A stretch of 64,000 nt of DNA from Thermodesulfobacteriota bacterium (GCA_965205855.1 OZ242184.1:886570-950569); one strand, 5' to 3'; positions 50,778-58,848 are shown, counted from the first letter of the stretch. Translations and numbers: made by a program. Notes: generated from the letters alone by a model not told the origin.

Positions 50778-50987
50778 CTACTGGTTGATAAATTCGGCTA
50801 TGGCGATTTCTGCCAAATCTCCATGTGTTTTATTTCCAATGAGGCGCATGGTGAAAATGTTGCTCAATGTCAAGATTATTAAATCCGGGCGTTTACTCGC
50901 AAGAAGCTTCAATCTCGAGATGAAATCTTTATATGGATCATTTTTCATGTTTTTCGTTTGATGCCTCTGTTTTGGTATTTTTATCAA
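50778..50987 (-). CDS. hypothetical 69-aa ORF, separate small gene or detached N-terminal part of the 225-aa ORF
   Basis: It ends at a TAG one nt before the ATG of the next ORF (CAG TAG T ATG). It is in a different frame from that ORF. Confidence 0.3.
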   Translation of the reverse strand: MIKIPKQRHQTKNMKNDPYKDFISRLKLLASKRPDLIILTLSNIFTMRLIGNKTHGDLAEIAIAEFINQ

Positions 50988-51105
50988 CCTTCATTTTTCA
51001 GATCGTCGCATGAGCTTGGGTTGAGATGATTCGGTAGCGTCATCGAGAATTCATGTGTATCAATTGCTGTTCAAGTTTAACCCGTTTTGCCTGTAAATCA
51101 CCCAA

Positions 51106-51335
51106 TCGGCATTGAAAACCCCGTAAATCAGTTTGATATTGGCTTTGAAGATACCCGATTTACTCCCCCAACCTAAACCCCTCAACCTCCCGATGCACCG
51201 CCCCTTCCCGTCTCAATTCACTCTCCATCAAACAAACTCTTTCAGAAGCAAAACCAAGTTCAAACTGCGGCAATTCGGGTAGCTTCATCCTTTTTTTTAT
51301 CCACCCTATCGTAACGTGCGACATAAAATCCCGTT
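51106..51335 (-). repeat. direct repeat copy B: longer thpR(ligT) 3'-end fragment, spacer and first 7 nt of mod (ATGCCGA)
   Basis: 51106..51269 is identical to copy A. 51129..51335 aligns without gaps to the intact thpR 3' end (52052..52258) with about 18 mismatches by manual count. It keeps an open frame (..SHVTIGWIKKRMKLPELPQFELGFASERVCLMESELRREGAVHREVEGFRLGE*). Confidence 0.85.
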
Positions 51336-51461
51336 ATTGTAGGCTGCTGTTATGTGTAACGGAGTTTCATATGAAAATTCTCTGCTATGAGCAATTGTGG
51401 TCACTGGGATTCTCACAATTGCTGGTTGTGCGAGCCAGCCAGATTTGACAATGACTCAGTA

Positions 51462-51872
51462 TTAGTGCTCGCCCTCTTGATTAATTTGTTTCCACAAACT
51501 GCCGATAGCAAGTAGTGCTGGAATAATAAGTAGCACCACTACAATTGGCACACTTGATTTAATTACCTCTACATTTAATGCATATACGGTAATAACATCG
51601 GATATGTCCGTCAATAATCTGACAATTAATATCGCTAAAAGTGCTTTATGAGACTTAAGGAATAAAGCAACTATTATCCCTATAACTACCATTACATTTC
51701 TTGTAATGTAAAGTTGTGTAACATAATTCAATTCGGAAACCTCTGGTATGAAACCACTTGGGTTCATGGCCGTACCAGCTGAGAAGAAAAGCACTAAAGA
51801 TATTTGTATTAGAACAATGACCCATACCCAAATAGGTAAGAATCCATTGGTTTGACCATTTTTGTAATTCAT
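51462..51872 (-). CDS. hypothetical four-TM membrane protein (136 aa), AT-rich cargo
   Basis: Four hydrophobic helices. Markedly AT-rich by eye. Lies between repeat copy B and the IS1595 remnant. Confidence 0.5.
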   Translation of the reverse strand: MNYKNGQTNGFLPIWVWVIVLIQISLVLFFSAGTAMNPSGFIPEVSELNYVTQLYITRNVMVVIGIIVALFLKSHKALLAILIVRLLTDISDVITVYALNVEVIKSSVPIVVVLLIIPALLAIGSLWKQINQEGEH

Positions 51873-51905
51873 ATTTGCAACCTCTTATTTTTACCTAATT
51901 ATCAC

Positions 51906-52052
51906 TTAAACTAAGCAGAGTTTCAAGATATTTTCCGGCATCGGCGGCGTTTTGAGCGCTGCATAAGCAAGTCTCGGTATTAACTCGCACAAATCAAAGC
52001 GACGATTGAAACGATACTGAAATTCTGACAAATAACGCTGTGCGTATTTTTC
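51906..52052 (-). mobile_element. IS1595-family transposase C-terminal remnant (pseudogene)
   Basis: The minus strand encodes EKYAQRYLSEFQYRFNRRFDLCELIPRLAYAALKTPPMPENILKLCLV*. The YL.EF.YRFNRR block is the conserved C-terminal signature of ISXO2-like/IS1595 transposases. It abuts repeat copy C directly. Confidence 0.65.
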
Positions 52053-52258
52053 AGTTTGATATTGGCTTTGAAAATACCCGATTTACTCCCCCAACCTAAA
52101 ACCCTCAACCTCCCGATGCACCGCCCCTTCTCGTCTCAATTCACTCTCCATCAAACAAACCCTGTCAGAAACAAACTCAAGTTTAAACTGCGGCAATTCG
52201 GGCAGTTTTATCCTTTTTCTTATCCGCCCTATCGTAATGTGTGGTATAAAATCCCGTT
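52052..52258 (-). repeat. direct repeat copy C: 3' end of the intact thpR gene plus 31 nt downstream
   Basis: Homologous to copy B over 207 nt (about 91% identity by manual count) and to copy A over its shorter extent. Confidence 0.85.
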
Positions 52259-52664
52259 TCTCCGGCTCAAAACCGATTGTCTCAAGTTTTGAGTCAATCT
52301 CGTCCTTGAGACTGAAAAACGCGTCCCCGGATTCCGCAATCACCGCAAGCGTCTGCGTATAACGGCGGAGTATAAGCGCCTCAACCCCGTCCGTTGTGAT
52401 GTCGAGCGGCACAAACCGCTTGCAACAACTTTCAATAACCCCGCACAGTTCGGGAATCAATTCGCGGCGCGTCTCTCCGAGAAACCTTAAAGTAATATGG
52501 AATTTTTCAGACAGCTCCCAACGCACATGGCGGAGCGAGCGTATTGCGGCGGAACGGGATTTTATCACCCTTTTTGCTTTTTCGGGAACTTCAAGAGAAA
52601 TAAAAAGCCGGACGGTAGCGCTGTCAACTCTCAAGCTCAACATTCCAGTATGAGGCATCAACAA
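52083..52664 (-). CDS. thpR: RNA 2',3'-cyclic phosphodiesterase ThpR (LigT, 2H phosphoesterase)
   Basis: Two H-x-T-x motifs (HITLRFLG and HITIGR). The true start may be the ATG at 52643, which overlaps the HNH gene stop by 20 nt. Confidence 0.8.
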   Translation of the reverse strand: MLMPHTGMLSLRVDSATVRLFISLEVPEKAKRVIKSRSAAIRSLRHVRWELSEKFHITLRFLGETRRELIPELCGVIESCCKRFVPLDITTDGVEALILRRYTQTLAVIAESGDAFFSLKDEIDSKLETIGFEPEKRDFIPHITIGRIRKRIKLPELPQFKLEFVSDRVCLMESELRREGAVHREVEGFRLGE

Positions 52665-53232
52665 AACTTACAAACGGCTCCCATTCTTTGTAGCGGATTG
52701 GGTGCGCGTAAATGTTTGCAAACGGTCCCCACTGCGGTTCGGAGGGAATTGTGAGCAATTTCATCCTTGCCTGTTCGGGAGTTCTACCGCCTTTTCTGCG
52801 GTTGCACGAGCCGCAGGAGCAGACAACATTGTCCCATCTGCTTTCTCCGCCGTGCGCGCGCGGAATAACATGGTCTATCGTAAGCTCGGTTTTGGAAAAA
52901 TGCTTTCCGCAGTATTGGCATTTACCGCTGTCTCTGCGGAATATGTTGAAGCGCGTAAATCTCGGACGCTTTCTGTGAAATCCGCTGTAACGGAGCAGGA
53001 TTATAACCCTCGGCGCTTTGATGATCCTTGTAACGGTTCTCACATAGTCGCCACGCCCTCCGGCGGCAGAGGCGGCGGAAACCTCCGCCCAACTCTCAAA
53101 ATCAAAAGTCTCGTAGGTTTTTGTTACGGCTTTCGCCTCGCCGCAATAGAGCATCACAAATGCCCGTCGCAAATTGGTAACGGAAACGGGCATATAGTTT
53201 TTGTTCAAAACCAGAACCGGCGAACTCAACAT
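52624..53232 (-). CDS. HNH endonuclease-domain protein
   Basis: 202 aa. CQYCG...DHVIPRAHGGESRWDNVVCSCGSCNRRKG is an HNH/zinc-finger core. Confidence 0.8.
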   Translation of the reverse strand: MLSSPVLVLNKNYMPVSVTNLRRAFVMLYCGEAKAVTKTYETFDFESWAEVSAASAAGGRGDYVRTVTRIIKAPRVIILLRYSGFHRKRPRFTRFNIFRRDSGKCQYCGKHFSKTELTIDHVIPRAHGGESRWDNVVCSCGSCNRRKGGRTPEQARMKLLTIPSEPQWGPFANIYAHPIRYKEWEPFVSFVDASYWNVELES

Positions 53233-53336
53233 ATCCCGATATTTTACAGTCGGAAACGGACTATTTCAAAAAAAAACCGGCCGCTGTTGAAAAAAAGTCT
53301 GAAAAGATATAAATAGAACAAAGGCGTTTGCCGGTT

Positions 53337-53468
53337 ATGGATATTACAGCAAATATTGTTTTTCTTGTTAACTTTCTGCTCTGCGCGGGCTTTTTCTCCC
53401 TGCTGTTTGCGCTTTCGAGAACAAACGCGCGCGCGGAAAAAGCCGCCCAAGAGAAACGGCACGGTTAG
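53337..53468 (+). CDS. possible small membrane protein (43 aa) directly upstream of lgt
   Basis: MDITANIVFLVNFLLCAGFFSLLFALSRTNARAEKAAQEKRHG*. One TM helix plus a basic tail. Its TAG stop abuts the lgt ATG (TAGATG). It is below the ORF-track size cutoff and has a weak Shine-Dalgarno. Confidence 0.3.
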   Translation: MDITANIVFLVNFLLCAGFFSLLFALSRTNARAEKAAQEKRHG

Positions 53469-54233
53469 ATGTATCCGGATCTTTTCAAAGCCGGAGACTT
53501 TACGGTCGGCTCATTCGGCGTTCTTGTCGCTCTGGCGTTTCTTGTCGCCTACATCGTTGCGGCGGGAGAGTTGAAAAGAAAAGGCGCGCCGCCCTCCGCC
53601 GCTCAGGACATGTTTGTGTGGATTTCTTTGTGCTCAATAGTGGGAGCAAAACTGTTCTTTGTCACGGAAAATTTCACATTTGCAGAAATAATCTCAGACC
53701 CCGTTCCGGTTCTTTTTTCGCGCAACGGGCTGACTTTCTACGGCGGTCTGCTCGGCGGGATTGCGGGCGGGATATACGCCGCGCGTAAAAACGGCGTGCA
53801 GGTGCGAAAGGCGCTTGACGCTGTGGCTCCCGCGCTTGCAATCGGCTACGCGATTGGAAGAATCGGCTGCCTACTTGTTGGAGACGACTACGGAACGGCG
53901 TCCGACCTGCCGTGGGCAATGGCGTTTCCAAACGGATATCCGCCCGTGGATTTTACCGTTCATCCGACCCAGATATACGAATCGGTTTTAATGTTCGCGG
54001 TGTTCGCCCTGCTGTGGAGAATCAGGAAAACCGCCATGCCCGACGGACGCCTGTTCGCGCTTTATCTCGCGCTTGCGGGCACAGAGCGGTTTCTCGTTGA
54101 GTTTATAAGAACAACCACCCAAAGCGGATTTGCCGGACTTTCAGTCGCGCAAGTCATTGCCCTTGCGTCAGTAACAATCGGATGTGTGTGGCTTGTCGTT
54201 TCCCGCCCATCGGGTTCGCGCCACGAACTATAA
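53469..54233 (+). CDS. lgt: prolipoprotein diacylglyceryl transferase
   Basis: 254 aa polytopic membrane protein. GRIGCLLVGDDYG and HPTQIYES motifs. Confidence 0.9.
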   Translation: MYPDLFKAGDFTVGSFGVLVALAFLVAYIVAAGELKRKGAPPSAAQDMFVWISLCSIVGAKLFFVTENFTFAEIISDPVPVLFSRNGLTFYGGLLGGIAGGIYAARKNGVQVRKALDAVAPALAIGYAIGRIGCLLVGDDYGTASDLPWAMAFPNGYPPVDFTVHPTQIYESVLMFAVFALLWRIRKTAMPDGRLFALYLALAGTERFLVEFIRTTTQSGFAGLSVAQVIALASVTIGCVWLVVSRPSGSRHEL

Positions 54234-55313
54234 AACAGCCGGAACAATGTCGCGTAAACAGGCCTCAAACTCACGGTTTTCTTCCGCAAGTCCGACCGTA
54301 ACCCTGAGACAGTCCTCGACACCGCCACCGGAAAAATTGCGCACAAGAACGCTTTTTTCAACAAGCGCCCGGTAAACCCTGTCCGCCGCCGCCACGTCCG
54401 GGAAACGGATAAGAAGAAAATTGGAATCACTCCGATAAACGGTAACGCCTTCAACGGCAGAGAGAGATTTGAATATTTTTGCACGCTCCGCCGCGACGGT
54501 TTTCACGTTTTCCTCAAACATCGCGCGGTTTTCAAAAAAGAACATGACCGCCGCCTGCGTGAGCGAGTTTATGTTATACGGAAGCCTGACTTTTGACAGT
54601 TGCGCGGAAAGTTCGGGACGCATAAACAAAACTCCAAGCCGGAGAGCGGCGAATCCGATTTTGGAGAATGTGCGCATAACGGCAAGGTTCTCGTATTTTT
54701 CCATAAGCGGTGTGTTGTCCGCGCCGCAGAACGCGCCGTATGCCTCATCCACAACAACAACCCCCGGAGCGTTTTTTATGACCGATTCCACCCTTCGGGG
54801 CGACAGCAAATTTCCGGTCGGGCTGTTGGGTGAGGCGAGAAACACAATGTCGGGGTCGCATTTCTCAATAGCGTGTTGCATAGCAGCTTCTTCAAGGTCA
54901 AACTCCGGGTCAAGGTTTTCAGAAACAACCTTTCTGCCAAGAGCCGCCGCCGTGAGCGCATACATTGAAAATGTCGGAGACGGAACAAGCACGGTTTGAG
55001 AACCACCGCAAAAAGCCTCCACGGCCATCTGTATCAACTCATCCGAGCCATTGCCGAAAACAATGCCGTCCGGACAAACTCCGCTCCATTGCGACACCGC
55101 CTCTCTGAGACGCGAGCAGTCCGGGTCGGGATAACGGTTGAGCGGAACGCTCGAAAGGTTTTTCAGAATCTCGCCGCGCTCTCCCACGGAAAGCGGAAAA
55201 GGGCTTTCGTTGCCATCAAGCCGTATCCGGCACTGCGGTCTTGAGGAGTCGTAAGCCGAAAGGTCGCGCACGGAGCCGCGAACCCTGTGCAGAAGTTGTT
55301 CAACGCCCGCCAT
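54228..55313 (-). CDS. hisC: histidinol-phosphate aminotransferase
   Basis: 361 aa class II aminotransferase. NESPFP, GNGSDELI and the RTFSKIGFAALRLG PLP-lysine context. Overlaps hisD. Confidence 0.9.
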   Translation of the reverse strand: MAGVEQLLHRVRGSVRDLSAYDSSRPQCRIRLDGNESPFPLSVGERGEILKNLSSVPLNRYPDPDCSRLREAVSQWSGVCPDGIVFGNGSDELIQMAVEAFCGGSQTVLVPSPTFSMYALTAAALGRKVVSENLDPEFDLEEAAMQHAIEKCDPDIVFLASPNSPTGNLLSPRRVESVIKNAPGVVVVDEAYGAFCGADNTPLMEKYENLAVMRTFSKIGFAALRLGVLFMRPELSAQLSKVRLPYNINSLTQAAVMFFFENRAMFEENVKTVAAERAKIFKSLSAVEGVTVYRSDSNFLLIRFPDVAAADRVYRALVEKSVLVRNFSGGGVEDCLRVTVGLAEENREFEACLRDIVPAVL

Positions 55314-56607
55314 TTGAGAAGTTTTTCTTCCTTGTGGTTACGGAAAGAGCGTGAGCGGAAAGCCCTTCGGCGAGGGCGAGGTTGACCACTGTGTCCGAGA
55401 GGTTTTCAAACCCTTTTTCCGTAAGTTCGGCGACACTCGGTGTTTTCACAAAATCCGCGGCGGAAAGAGGCGAAGAGAACCGCGCCGCGCCGCCCGTAGG
55501 TAGCACGTGGCTTGAGCCGCAAACATAGTCGCCAAACGCCTCGGTGGTGTTTTTCCCCATAAAAATGGCGCCGGCGTGCCGTATCAGAGGCAGAACCGAA
55601 CGCGGAGATTTAACGCAAAGCTCAAGATGTTCGGGAGCGACCGCGTTTGCGATACGTGCGGCCAGATTGATGTTTCTCACAACAAAGATTCTTCCGTTGT
55701 TTCGTATCGCCGCAAGAGCGATGGCGCTTCTTTCAATCCCGTGCGCCATTTCGTAAAGCGCGGATTTAACCTTGGCGGCGTGGGACGCAGAGGTTGTAAC
55801 AAGGGTCGGGGTCGCCATTTCATCATGCTCGGCTTGGGCGAGCAAATCCGCGGCAATCCACCGCGCGGGACATGAACCGTCTGAGATAACAAGCACCTCG
55901 CTGGGCCCGGCCATCATGTCTATGTCTGTTTCGCCGTAGACGAGTTTCTTCGCAATCGTAACATAGATGTTTCCTGGACCGACAATCTTGTCCGCACGGG
56001 GAACCAAGCGTGTTCCAAAAGCGAGCGCGGAGATTGCCTGAGCGCCTCCGATTTTGAAAATACGGTCAACACCCGCAATACCTGCCGCGGCAATCGTTTC
56101 GGGATTTAACTCCCCCCCGCGGCACGGTGTCGCCATGACTATTTCACGAACTCCGGCGACCTTTGCCGGAACAGCCGTCATGAGAACGGTTGAGGGATAC
56201 GCCGCTTTTCCTCCGGGAATATATATCCCGACTCTGTCAAGCGGCCGGACAACCCAGCCCAGTTTGTTCCCGTATTTGTCCCTGTGCTCATGAGAGCGCG
56301 GCAGTTTTTTTTTCTGGTATTCCGCTATGCGGCGGCGCGCGGTTTTCAAATCCCTTATGACGGATTTTGCAACCTTTGCAGTCGCCATCTTCGCTTCGTC
56401 CGGCGAGACCTCAACCGTCCGGGAGTTTACGACCGTGCCGTCAAATTTTTTTGTAAGCGAAAAAAGAGCCCGGTCGCCTCCGGTTCTTACGAGTTCAACA
56501 ATCTTCGCAACAGAGGCAACCTCCCGCGTACTGAACGGAGAAGCCGTCTTGCGTATCCGGGCAATCTGTTTCTCAATGTTGGAGAAATCTATTTTGACAG
56601 TTTTCAT
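55300..56607 (-). CDS. hisD: histidinol dehydrogenase
   Basis: 435 aa. IYIPGGKAAYPSTVLM, AGPSEVLVI..., AQAEHD and APEHLEL motifs. Confidence 0.9.
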   Translation of the reverse strand: MKTVKIDFSNIEKQIARIRKTASPFSTREVASVAKIVELVRTGGDRALFSLTKKFDGTVVNSRTVEVSPDEAKMATAKVAKSVIRDLKTARRRIAEYQKKKLPRSHEHRDKYGNKLGWVVRPLDRVGIYIPGGKAAYPSTVLMTAVPAKVAGVREIVMATPCRGGELNPETIAAAGIAGVDRIFKIGGAQAISALAFGTRLVPRADKIVGPGNIYVTIAKKLVYGETDIDMMAGPSEVLVISDGSCPARWIAADLLAQAEHDEMATPTLVTTSASHAAKVKSALYEMAHGIERSAIALAAIRNNGRIFVVRNINLAARIANAVAPEHLELCVKSPRSVLPLIRHAGAIFMGKNTTEAFGDYVCGSSHVLPTGGAARFSSPLSAADFVKTPSVAELTEKGFENLSDTVVNLALAEGLSAHALSVTTRKKNFSNGGR

Positions 56608-56619
56608 ATCCGCGCCGCA

Positions 56620-56907
56620 TCATTCTCCGGTGTGAGCACCCTCCCCGAATCCGCTCTCCACAAAGCCGGATATCTGCTCGGAGGCTTCCTGAGCATCGCC
56701 GCCCGAAACCCTGATATCAATCTCCGTGCCTCTTGTGGCGCCGAGGGAAAGAATTCCGAGAATGCTTTTGCCGTCCACTTCGTATCCGTTTTTAATTATC
56801 TTCACATCCGATGAAAATCTGCTTGAAAGTTTGACAAAACCCGCCGCCGCTCGCGCGTGCAAACCGAGGGTGTTGACAATTGTGAGGGTTTTGTTTATTG
56901 AATCCAC
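56620..56907 (-). CDS. ptsH: phosphocarrier protein HPr
   Basis: TIVNTLGLHARAAAGFV (active-site His context) and GKSILGILSLGA (Ser-46 region). The GTG at 56907 is preferred over the tracked ATG at 56949 because it gives a family-typical length. Confidence 0.8.
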   Translation of the reverse strand: MDSINKTLTIVNTLGLHARAAAGFVKLSSRFSSDVKIIKNGYEVDGKSILGILSLGATRGTEIDIRVSGGDAQEASEQISGFVESGFGEGAHTGE

Positions 56908-56992
56908 TACTGTTGCCTCTGTAAAAATACGATGACGGATTATACACAATTATACGGCAAGCATTAAAAACCGTGGCACGGCAAGTTACAAT

Positions 56993-58078
56993 GTGAGCAG
57001 TATGAGCATCAAAGAAATATGTGGCAAGGTAATGGACTGCGAAAGACTGCGCGGCGATGACGGACTTGAACTCCTGCGCGGTGCGACCCTGACGCAACTC
57101 GGTGGCCTTGCGTCTTTTTGCAGACAGAGGTGCAACCCCGGCAAAACCGTAACCTTCATCTGCGACACAAACCCGAACTATACAAATGTGTGCGACACAG
57201 AATGCCTTTTCTGCGCCTTCTGGAGACCCGCGGATGCGTCGGACGCCTACACTCTTTCAGTGGACAGGCTCATTGAGATGATGAAAACATCTTATCACAA
57301 CGGAGCCACAACGGTTTTGCTTCAGGGCGGTCACAATCCCGATATCGGAATTGAGTATTACGAGAAAATTGTGAGGCGCGCGAGAGAGGAAATTCCCGGT
57401 CTTCATCTTCACGCCTTTTCCGCGCCGGAAATAGCGGCAATCGCGAAATACGAGGGCATCAATACGCGGGATGTGCTGTGGAGACTCTGGAATGCCGGAC
57501 TCAGAACAATCCCCGGCGGTGGCGCGGAGATACTTTCCAACAGAGTGAGAAAAAAAATCAGCCCGCTCAAGATAGATGCGGACAAGTGGATTGGAATTAC
57601 AAAAGAGGCACATGAAACCGGATTCAAAACCACCGCGACAATGATGTTCGGTCATTTAGAGCGGGACGAAGACATTGTGGAGCATCTCACGAGGGTGCGC
57701 GATTTGCAGGATGAAACGGGCGGTTTTCTCGCTTTTATACCCTGGATATTCAAGCCTTCCAACACCTTCCTTGAGCGCAAAATTTCCGCCGAAATAGGCG
57801 GGGAACGCTATTTACGTGTGCTTGCGGTGTGCCGAATCTTCCTTGACAACTTCAGATTTATTCAGGGCTCGTGGTTCACTCAGGGGTTTAAAATCGGGTC
57901 TGCGTCAATGAATTTCGGCGCGGACGACCTTGGGGGAACATTGTATGAGGAAAACGTGCTCAGATGCGCGGAGAACAGAATAAAGGCGAGTGCCGGAGAG
58001 ATTTCCGGAATGATAGAGCGCGCGGGCTTCAAGCCGGCGCGGAGAAACACTTTTTATGAAATCATACCCAAACCCTGA
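56993..58078 (+). CDS. radical SAM enzyme of the futalosine menaquinone pathway (MqnC/MqnE family)
   Basis: 361 aa. NYTNVCDTECLFCAF radical-SAM cluster motif and CofH/MqnC-like C-terminal region. MqnC versus MqnE cannot be resolved by eye. Confidence 0.75.
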   Translation: MSSMSIKEICGKVMDCERLRGDDGLELLRGATLTQLGGLASFCRQRCNPGKTVTFICDTNPNYTNVCDTECLFCAFWRPADASDAYTLSVDRLIEMMKTSYHNGATTVLLQGGHNPDIGIEYYEKIVRRAREEIPGLHLHAFSAPEIAAIAKYEGINTRDVLWRLWNAGLRTIPGGGAEILSNRVRKKISPLKIDADKWIGITKEAHETGFKTTATMMFGHLERDEDIVEHLTRVRDLQDETGGFLAFIPWIFKPSNTFLERKISAEIGGERYLRVLAVCRIFLDNFRFIQGSWFTQGFKIGSASMNFGADDLGGTLYEENVLRCAENRIKASAGEISGMIERAGFKPARRNTFYEIIPKP

Positions 58079-58821
58079 TGGCTGAGCGTATACAGAAACT
58101 GCTCGCGGGCGCCGGAGCGGGCTCGCGGAGACAGGCGGAAAAGTTGATAAAATCCGGCGCGGTTTTTGTCAACGGAAAGATTTGCAAACTCGGAGACAAA
58201 GCGGAGCCGCATGACGCCATTACAATAGACGGAAGGGAAATTGATTGTAAAACAGACCCGTCCGAAAAACTCGTAATCGCATACAACAAGCCCGCCGGAA
58301 AAATCGTGAGCAGAAGCGACCCTCAAAACCGCCCCGTTGTTTTTGATGATTTGCCCCCGTTAAAGAAAGCCCGCTGGGTTTGTGCGGGGCGGCTGGACGT
58401 GAATACATCGGGGTTGCTGCTCTTCTGTTCGGACGGACTGCTTGCGCACAGGCTTGCTCATCCCTCAAGCGGAATTGAGCGCGAATATATGGCGCGTGTG
58501 CGCGGAAACACGGGTCCGGAAACGATTAATAAACTGCTCGCGGGCGTTGTTCTTGACGGCAAAAAGGGGCAGTTTGAAAAAATTACAGCAGTTGCCTCAA
58601 AGAACAAAAGCAACAAATGGTTCAAGATAATTGTACAAGAGGGAAGAAACAGGTTTGTCAGAAGAATGTGGGAAAGTTGCGGGTGTTCGGTCAGTCGCTT
58701 GATAAGGGTCAGGTTCGCAACGGTGAGGCTTCCGAAAAAATTGCCCACGGGAGCGTCGGTATTTCTTGATGGGAAGGAAATCCGGAAGATTTATAAAGCC
58801 ACGGGGGTTAATACGGGTTAG
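58078..58821 (+). CDS. rluB: 23S/16S rRNA pseudouridine synthase, RsuA/RluB family
   Basis: 247 aa. N-terminal S4 domain (RIQKLLAGAGAGSRRQAEKLI) and catalytic GRLDVNTSGLL. Confidence 0.8.
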   Translation: MAERIQKLLAGAGAGSRRQAEKLIKSGAVFVNGKICKLGDKAEPHDAITIDGREIDCKTDPSEKLVIAYNKPAGKIVSRSDPQNRPVVFDDLPPLKKARWVCAGRLDVNTSGLLLFCSDGLLAHRLAHPSSGIEREYMARVRGNTGPETINKLLAGVVLDGKKGQFEKITAVASKNKSNKWFKIIVQEGRNRFVRRMWESCGCSVSRLIRVRFATVRLPKKLPTGASVFLDGKEIRKIYKATGVNTG

Positions 58822-58848
58822 GCAATTTGCGTGCCGTCGCGGGTGGAA

